From Schaalia meyeri (lineage in GTDB: Bacteria > Actinomycetota > Actinomycetes > Actinomycetales > Actinomycetaceae): a DNA stretch of 32,000 nt. Positions 26,495 through 32,000 of this stretch are shown in pieces; positions within the stretch are counted from its first letter, which is position 1, and each line of letters starts with the position of its first letter. Below the pieces are notes generated by a model. It searched no databases. It had not been told where the DNA came from and worked only from the letters and a program-made list of their open reading frames with translations. The position numbers and the translations under genes are program-made. The DNA lies in assembly GCF_900105015.1 (NCBI RefSeq), contig NZ_FNLK01000012.1, positions 30,001 to 62,000 on the forward strand, read 5' to 3'.

Positions 26495-28861
26495 TCAGCC
26501 CCGTCGCATCATACGCCGCGATACGCCAACGGCTGCGGCTCCGGCGCAGGCGAGAAGCAGGCCGAGGCCGACCGTCTGATCGGCGCTGGACCCGGTGCGC
26601 GCCAGCCGCCGCTTCGAGGTCGCCGAGGGCGTCGGTGTGGTGGGTCGGTCCGAGGGATGCGGAGAGTGAGCGGACGGGTTGGAAGGGCCGGGATTCGCTC
26701 CGGGGTCACTCGGGTTGGTGCCGGGGGTCGGATCGGTTCCGGGGGTCGGATTGGTGCCGGGGTTGCCCGGGAGCAGGGTCAGCCCGATGATCTCGGGGTT
26801 GTGGTCCGACGAGCGATAGGGGTTATCGGCCTCGACATTCAGGTGCGCGTTCATGCCTGCCCGCGAGTATTCGAAGGCGATGGATTCTTGCGCGTTGACG
26901 GCCCAGCTGGTCACCCCGGCCAGGAGCGGCTTGGCCGCGGCGTTAGCGAACACGTGGTCGAGCGAGCCGGAGCGACCCGAATACACGTAGGAGGATTCCC
27001 CCTGGCCCGAGATGCGCTCCCACCCCTTGCCGGTGAGGGTCTTGATGGGGTCTTCTTGCGAGTAGGAATTGAAGTCGCCGACCAGCAGCGTGGGCTTGTT
27101 CGAGAAGCGCGACGCGAAGGAGGCCAGGGCGGACGCCTGGGCGACGCGGATCGCGTTCGCGTTGCCCTGCCCGTCCCCGTTGTCCTGGTTGCCTTCTCCC
27201 GCTCCCTTGGGCACGGATCCCTTGGACTTGAAGTGGTTGGCGATGACGACGAAGGTGGCGGGCGTGGCCCTGTCGGAGCCGACGCGCGTAAACTCCTGCG
27301 CCAGGGGCTGGCGCGCGAGGCCGGTGAAGGCCGGGTCGTCATGGATGACGGAGTCGCCGACCGGGTTAACGGTTGCGGGCTTATAGATGAAGGCGACGCG
27401 GATAACGTCCTCGCCCGCGGGGGTGACCGGGGGCGAGGGAACGTATGCCCACACCTTCGATCCCGCGGCCTTGTTCAGCGCCGACACCAGGCGCGCCAGT
27501 GAGGCGTCGCGGTCCTTGCCGACACCCACAGCGACGGGGTTTTCGATCTCTTCGAGGGCGACGACGTCCGCTCCCAGGGCGTTAATCGCAGAGACGATCT
27601 TGGCCTCTTGGTTCGCGAAGGCCTCCCTGGAGTAGGCCCCGCGCACTTTGCATTTCTTGGTCGTGACGAAGGCGCCGGTGCGGTCCGGGTTTCCCTTGCA
27701 CCCGGGTTCGTCGACCCCGAGGTCCGAGAAGTAGTTGAGGACGTTGAAGGTGGCGACGCGCGTGTCTCCGCCGACCGTGGGGGCCGCGGGCCTCTTTCCC
27801 GTGATCGTCACGGGCGAGCGGTCGGGATGCCCCGCGACCATGGAGGTGGGCTGGAGGACCCAGGATCCGTGCCTGGGTTCGAGGGTGACCGGGGAGGAGA
27901 AGTTCACGTGGTATCCGACGCGGGCGGGCGAACCGTTCGCCAGGTAGGCGTATGCCGCTTCGGTGGCGGCGCCCTTCAGCAGGTTGGTGCTGGTGCCATC
28001 GTCGAGCGTGATGGCCTTCGAGGCGTTGTCAGCCTCGTAGGCGCGAGCCGCCTCCCCGGGGGCAACCACGTCGGTGGCGGCGCGCAGGGGGGTCTGGCCG
28101 GGCGTGAGGGTCAGGGTGCCAAAGACGTTGGCCTGGTAGTTGTCGGTGATGGTCCACGTGCCCTGCGGGGCCATAAGCATGGACTCGTAGGCCTCTGCCT
28201 GCGCGGCCGAGGGCACCTGCGTGATCGGGGTCGGCTTCGGTGCCTTGCATCCGCTCACTTCGGTGACGCTGGTGGACGCCAGCTGGGTGAGGCTTGACGG
28301 GTTTCCTTTCGCGGTCGTGGCGGGGAACTCCTTGACCTTGCCGCTCACGCGCACGCACGTGCCGACCTTCGGGATCGTCCCCTTCTTTCCCGCGTACACG
28401 AAGAGCGCGTCGGATCGGGCCCGGCCCTCGTCCCAGGTGCCGCCCGTTCCCGGCGTCTGGATGGTGTAGCCGTCCAGGGTGGATCCCAGCCCGGATTCAC
28501 CGGCCGGGTAAGAGGCGGTTACGACACCGAGCGTGGTGACGGTGGAACCCACCATGGCGGAGTCGTCCCCGTCGCCCACGGCCTGAATGTCTGGGATGGG
28601 GGTGTCACCGGCCAGGGGCTCGGGGGCCGCGTCGCTCTGGGAGAGCTCCGTCGCCGCGGGGGCGGGAGGCGCCTCGGTGCCGATCGACGCTTGTTTCTCC
28701 CCCGGGGCGGATTGCGCGCTCCTGTCCGCCCCGCCGCTCGGGCCGACGGACTGCGCGGTGTCGGCCTGTCCGCTATCGCGTGCCCACGAGGCCGGGACGG
28801 CCCCCACGAGGCACAGCGCCAGCGCGCCGATTACGGCTAGTGAACGTTTCCCACACGTCAT
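26495..28861 (-). CDS. Cell-wall-anchored extracellular nuclease, endonuclease/exonuclease/phosphatase fold (ExeM/NucH-like), LAxTG sorting signal
   Basis: GAGAGGA RBS before the ATG at 28861 and a signal peptide. EEP motifs RVATFNVLNYF, ADVVALEEIEN, VIANHFKSKG, LVGDFNSY, SSDHNPE. The C-terminus has LARTG, a hydrophobic helix and RRMMRRG. Confidence 0.88.
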   Translation of the reverse strand: MTCGKRSLAVIGALALCLVGAVPASWARDSGQADTAQSVGPSGGADRSAQSAPGEKQASIGTEAPPAPAATELSQSDAAPEPLAGDTPIPDIQAVGDGDDSAMVGSTVTTLGVVTASYPAGESGLGSTLDGYTIQTPGTGGTWDEGRARSDALFVYAGKKGTIPKVGTCVRVSGKVKEFPATTAKGNPSSLTQLASTSVTEVSGCKAPKPTPITQVPSAAQAEAYESMLMAPQGTWTITDNYQANVFGTLTLTPGQTPLRAATDVVAPGEAARAYEADNASKAITLDDGTSTNLLKGAATEAAYAYLANGSPARVGYHVNFSSPVTLEPRHGSWVLQPTSMVAGHPDRSPVTITGKRPAAPTVGGDTRVATFNVLNYFSDLGVDEPGCKGNPDRTGAFVTTKKCKVRGAYSREAFANQEAKIVSAINALGADVVALEEIENPVAVGVGKDRDASLARLVSALNKAAGSKVWAYVPSPPVTPAGEDVIRVAFIYKPATVNPVGDSVIHDDPAFTGLARQPLAQEFTRVGSDRATPATFVVIANHFKSKGSVPKGAGEGNQDNGDGQGNANAIRVAQASALASFASRFSNKPTLLVGDFNSYSQEDPIKTLTGKGWERISGQGESSYVYSGRSGSLDHVFANAAAKPLLAGVTSWAVNAQESIAFEYSRAGMNAHLNVEADNPYRSSDHNPEIIGLTLLPGNPGTNPTPGTDPTPGTNPSDPGANPGPSNPSAHSPHPSDRPTTPTPSATSKRRLARTGSSADQTVGLGLLLACAGAAAVGVSRRMMRRG
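26717..26767 (-). repeat. Imperfect 18-bp tandem repeats encoding the Pro/Thr/Asn-rich stalk of the nuclease
   Basis: ggtgccgggggtcggatc / ggttccgggggtcggatt / ggtgccggggttgcc. These encode PGTNPTPGTDPTPGTNP just before the sorting signal. Confidence 0.85.
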
Positions 28862-28924
28862 CGAGTGTCCTCTCAAGCTCACGTCGTGGTCAGGGCCACG
28901 GACCCCACGCATCGGCCATCTTTA

Positions 28925-28967
28925 CCCAATGCAACACGAGTATTGACAAGTGTAAACGAGCATTGGG
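28925..28967. promoter_or_regulatory. Inverted repeat CCCAATGC-N27-GCATTGGG spanning the AT-richer putative nuclease promoter
   Basis: Perfect 8-bp arms. On the minus strand they enclose TTTACA-N17-TGCATT and TTGTCA, about 65-105 nt upstream of the nuclease ATG. Confidence 0.3.
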
Positions 28968-29003
28968 CCCCGGGGGTAAAAATGAGAAAATTCTCGCAAA
29001 TAT

Positions 29004-29036
29004 GGCGGCGATGCGGGCGGGTGTGCATGCGCCGCC
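29004..29036 (-). terminator. Candidate intrinsic terminator of guaB3
   Basis: The stem GGCGGCG(C)AUGC...GCAUCGCCGCC on the minus strand is followed by AUAUUUGCGAGAAUUUUCUCAUUUUU. Confidence 0.5.
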
Positions 29037-29054
29037 CCCGGCCGCTCAAGGACG

Positions 29055-29072
29055 CCTCCGACCGGTCGGAGG
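29055..29072 (-). terminator. Perfect 18-bp palindrome directly after the guaB3 stop
   Basis: CCTCCGACCGGTCGGAGG lies 15 nt downstream of the stop. It has no U tract of its own. Confidence 0.35.
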
Positions 29073-29086
29073 CAAGACCGCGAACA

Positions 29087-30211
29087 TTAGGAGGCCGAAT
29101 AGGGAGAGACGACCACCTGAGCGCGCTGCAGGTCCTTGACCTCCGAATACCCCGTCGAGGCCATGGTCCGCTTGAGCGCACCCACGAAGTTCAGCGACCC
29201 GTCGGCGCGCGTCGAGGGCCCGTAGAGGATTTGTTCGAGCGTGCCCGTCGTGCCCACGTAGACGCGCTGGCCGCGCGGCATGTCCGGGTGCGTCGCTTCC
29301 GACCCCCAGTGCCAGCCGCGCCCCGGTGCTTCCTCCGCGCGTGCAATCGCGGCACCCAGCATGACCGCGTCCGCGCCGCACGCGATCGCCCGCGACAGGT
29401 CGCCGCTGCGCCCGACGCTGCCGTCCGCAATGACGTGCACGTAGCGCCCGCCGGACTCGTCCATATAGTCGCGCCGCGCGGCGGCCACATCCGCGATGGC
29501 AGTCGCCATCGGCGCGTGGACCCCCAGCGAACGACGGGTCGAGTGGGCCGCTCCCCCGCCGAAACCCACGAGCACACCGGCCGCGCCCGTGCGCATCAGG
29601 TGCAGGGCCGCCGTGTCAGTACACACGCCGCCGACGATCACGGGCACGTCCAGCTCGTAGATGAAACGTTTGAGATTCAAAGGCTCGCGACGCGAGGACA
29701 CGTGTTCGGCCGACACCGTTGAGCCTCGAATGATGAACAGGTCGACGCCCGCGTCCACGACGGCGCGCCAGTACTTTTGCACGCGCTGGGGAGAGAGCTT
29801 CCCGGCGACGACCACGCCGGCTTCGCGCAGCTGCTTGAGGCGCGCCGTCATCAGCGAGGGCTTGATCGGCTCCGAGTAGAGGCGCTGCAGGGTAGCTATC
29901 GACTCTTCCTGGCCAAGGTGAGCGATCCGATCGAGAATCGGCGTCGGGTCCTCGTAGCGTGTCCACAACCCGTCCAGGTCGAGCACGCCGATGCCGCCCA
30001 ACCGACCGAAAGCGATCGCCGTTTGAGGGCTCATCACCGAGTCCATGGGGGCGGCCATGAGGGGGATATCCACGTGATAGGCGTCAATCTGCCAGCCGAC
30101 GTTAACGTCCTCCGGGTCACGGGTGCGCCGCGCGGGGACGAGCGCGATATCGTCCAGGGTGTAGGCGCGCCGTCCGCGCTTGCCGCGCCCGATTTCCACT
30201 TCGTGACTCAT
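29087..30211 (-). CDS. guaB3: GuaB3-family IMP dehydrogenase-related protein (no CBS subdomain)
   Basis: The N-terminus EIGRGKRGRRAYTLDDIALVPARRTRDPEDV and the segments LNLKRFIYELDVPVIVGG, MRTGAAGVLVG, PMATAIADVAAARRDYMDESGGRYVHVIADG closely parallel mycobacterial GuaB3 as I recall it. Confidence 0.9.
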   Translation of the reverse strand: MSHEVEIGRGKRGRRAYTLDDIALVPARRTRDPEDVNVGWQIDAYHVDIPLMAAPMDSVMSPQTAIAFGRLGGIGVLDLDGLWTRYEDPTPILDRIAHLGQEESIATLQRLYSEPIKPSLMTARLKQLREAGVVVAGKLSPQRVQKYWRAVVDAGVDLFIIRGSTVSAEHVSSRREPLNLKRFIYELDVPVIVGGVCTDTAALHLMRTGAAGVLVGFGGGAAHSTRRSLGVHAPMATAIADVAAARRDYMDESGGRYVHVIADGSVGRSGDLSRAIACGADAVMLGAAIARAEEAPGRGWHWGSEATHPDMPRGQRVYVGTTGTLEQILYGPSTRADGSLNFVGALKRTMASTGYSEVKDLQRAQVVVSPYSAS

Positions 30212-30217
30212 GGGCCG

Positions 30218-30223
30218 ATTCTA
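30218..30223 (-). promoter_or_regulatory. Candidate -10 box (TAGAAT) for a leaderless guaB3 transcript
   Basis: TAGAAT on the minus strand ends 6 nt before the guaB3 ATG. There is no purine-rich RBS in between (TAGAATCGGCCCATG). Confidence 0.35.
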
Positions 30224-30485
30224 CTGCACGACAGGACGCGGATGCGCCCCCGTACCGCACCGTATAATGGCCACGGTGGCGCTCGGGACGCCCGCACGCG
30301 AGCGGTGGGAAAGACACCGGCACTGGCGGACAGATGCGCACGGGACACAAACCGCGTGAGTCGGCCATACCTTACCTATACTGCCTCTCATGGGATCGGC
30401 TCCCAGATCGCCACCGAAGCCGGTCACAATGTAGGGGGAGTAAGCGAGCTTCCCCCACGACATCACGAACATGGGGGAGCGCGTC

Positions 30486-31202
30486 ATGACTGGCACGAGC
30501 AGAAAACACAAAAAGCGAAACGGAAATCACGCCAAGGATCCCAATCCGGGAACGGGAGAAAAACAGGAAAATCGCGATGCGGGGTTCAACCTGCTAGAAG
30601 AGCTGCTCGCAGTCGAAAAAGCACAATTCAGCTCGCTGATCAAACTGACGGGACTCTCCCTGGCCCTCAGCAACTTCCCCCTGCTGCGAGACGAATTAGC
30701 AATCAGGCTCTCCACAGAATCGTCGCTCTTTGCCTACGGCACCGCGCAAGCGGCGGTACTGGCCCTGATCGCGCTCTGCGCACTCAAGTGCCATCGCGTT
30801 CATCAGATCCAAAAGGGGATGCACAATGACATAAACGATTTCTATGCCCAGAACAGGACTCGCAGGCTGTTGAAAAGATTCTTCGGCCCCGGAAAATACG
30901 AGGACGACATTATTCTCACCGCCTGGCAGAGGCGGCTCAAAAAGAGGGGAACACGGGCAGATATTCACAACCCGGCAGTTCTCGGCGATATTGACGGCAG
31001 ATTCGGCGATATCATCGGGCTTTTGATCTCGTTCTTCGCGCTATTGTTCACCGCGATCCCAATCCCGGCGCTTAACACGTTTGCCGCGATTCTCTTCCTC
31101 GCATCACCATTTCTTTTCTCCGCCTATGCGTGGGTCTATTTCAAAGCTTCCAATAAGCACCTAGTCAACCGGATCATCCGCAACGAAAAACGGCACCGTT
31201 AG
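30486..31202 (+). CDS. Orphan hypothetical membrane protein on a ~50% GC single-gene island
   Basis: GGGGGAG RBS 6 nt before the ATG at 30486 (the ORF is open from 30471). A basic N-terminus (SRKHKKRNGNHAKDPNPG) is followed by three clear hydrophobic segments: AQAAVLALIALCAL, IIGLLISFFALLFTAIPIPAL, FAAILFLASPFLFSAYAWVYF. I recognise no family motif. Confidence 0.65.
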   Translation: MTGTSRKHKKRNGNHAKDPNPGTGEKQENRDAGFNLLEELLAVEKAQFSSLIKLTGLSLALSNFPLLRDELAIRLSTESSLFAYGTAQAAVLALIALCALKCHRVHQIQKGMHNDINDFYAQNRTRRLLKRFFGPGKYEDDIILTAWQRRLKKRGTRADIHNPAVLGDIDGRFGDIIGLLISFFALLFTAIPIPALNTFAAILFLASPFLFSAYAWVYFKASNKHLVNRIIRNEKRHR

Positions 31203-31282
31203 CGCATCGCCGCCATCCCTTGGGGACGCAGATGTGCCCGCCCTCTGCCACACTGGAGCCACCGGAGACGACAGGAGCAATA

Positions 31283-32000
31283 ATGAGCTGGATCGACGAC
31301 CCGTGGATGGGTTTTGACACCGAGACGACGGGTGTGCGCCCTCTCAAAGACCGCCTGGTGACCGCGGCCCTCGTCCTGCGCATTGACGGCGCCTCCTATC
31401 GCCGCGGCGTCAGCGCGCCCGACCAGGTGGCCACCTGGCTCACCGACCCCGGCGTGGACATCCCCGAACAGGCCACCGCCGTGCACGGGATCACCACGCA
31501 GCAGGCTCGAAAGGATGGCCGCCCCATCGCCGACGTCCTCCACGAGCTCGCCGGTTCCATCGTCGAACACTGGCTGCGCGGGTACCCCGTCGTCGCGTTC
31601 AACGCGAGCTACGACATCACGCTGGTCAACCAGGAGCTGCGCCGACACCACCTGGGCTCATTCGAGGAACGCCTGGAGGGGGCGCCCATGCTGGTTGTCG
31701 ACCCCCTCGTCCTGGACCGCGCACTCGACCGCTTCCGCAAGGGCAAGAAGACACTCACCGAGATGGCCCCCGTGTACGGGGTCACGGCCTCCCCCGACGC
31801 GCACACCGCCGAGGTCGACGTGGCCATGACCCTCGACGTGCTGGCAGGTATCGCGGGCAAGTACCCGCAGCTGGCCGCCATGAGCGCGCTGGAGTTGACC
31901 GACTACCAGCGCCAGGCACACCGGGAGTGGGCCCAGGACTTCGAGAAGTACCTGCGCAAGCAGGGGCGCGACGCGTCAATCGACCGCGAGTGGCCGCAGA
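31283..32000 (+). CDS. DEDDh (DnaQ-like) 3'-5' exonuclease, 3' end outside the window
   Basis: My own translation, since the ORF has no stop in the window and is absent from the track. AGGAG RBS at 31273-31277. MSWIDDPWMGFDTETTGV (Exo I), VAFNASYDITL (Exo II), HTAEVDVAMT (Exo III, DEDDh). High GC like the core genome. Confidence 0.85.
   Translation, partial: MSWIDDPWMGFDTETTGVRPLKDRLVTAALVLRIDGASYRRGVSAPDQVATWLTDPGVDIPEQATAVHGITTQQARKDGRPIADVLHELAGSIVEHWLRGYPVVAFNASYDITLVNQELRRHHLGSFEERLEGAPMLVVDPLVLDRALDRFRKGKKTLTEMAPVYGVTASPDAHTAEVDVAMTLDVLAGIAGKYPQLAAMSALELTDYQRQAHREWAQDFEKYLRKQGRDASIDREWPQ

Noticed and set aside
30212-31282. Direct repeats (att-like) flanking the low-GC membrane-protein island
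   Set aside because: Only weak similarities were found, for example GCCACCGAAGCCGG near 30410 against GCCACCGGAGACGA near 31256. This is within chance expectation, and no integrase or tRNA is present.
30486-32000. The membrane protein plus DEDDh exonuclease as a two-gene system
   Set aside because: The genes are co-directional, but they differ in GC by about 15-20 points, are separated by 80 nt, and have independent RBSs. The exonuclease looks like a core gene. Association cannot be supported from this window.

Overview
High-GC (spot counts about 65-72%) Actinomycetota-type chromosomal window, densely coding. I found no rRNA, tRNA, CRISPR array, transposase or integrase. Four blocks are visible. 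(1) 1-7024 is an NAD-centred neighbourhood. It holds a low-GC DUF3800-like gene that looks frameshifted, a canonical sirtuin (cobB), a second low-GC DUF3800-like remnant, a tightly coupled SPFH/band-7 plus NAD-kinase-fold gene pair, and divergently an NrtR-type Nudix regulator followed by glutamine-dependent NAD synthetase (nadE). Two 21-bp GT-N7-AC boxes sit in the divergent promoter. (2) 7116-11053 is an iron-siderophore type ABC importer (lipoprotein SBP, two FecCD permeases, ATPase) preceded by a DtxR/IdeR-like box. A small membrane protein and a cupin plus SAM-methyltransferase pair follow it. (3) 12902-28861 is all on the minus strand and reads as a contiguous extracellular-DNA/nucleoside salvage locus. 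It runs from an LAxTG-anchored ExeM/NucH-type nuclease and an LAxTG-anchored 5'-nucleotidase, through a BMP-family nucleoside ABC importer, to cdd, deoA, deoR, deoD, deoC and a phospho-sugar mutase. Unusual RNA/DNA structures lie in two of its intergenic gaps. (4) 29087-32000 holds guaB3 (possibly leaderless), a roughly 50% GC single-gene island encoding an orphan multi-pass membrane protein, and the start of a DEDDh 3'-5' exonuclease. My best candidates for something undescribed are the SPFH plus NADK-like module next to nrtR, the orphan low-GC membrane protein, and the 108-nt two-tier stem structure ahead of the nucleoside transporter operon. All functional calls rest on motif recognition by eye. 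No database search was possible.
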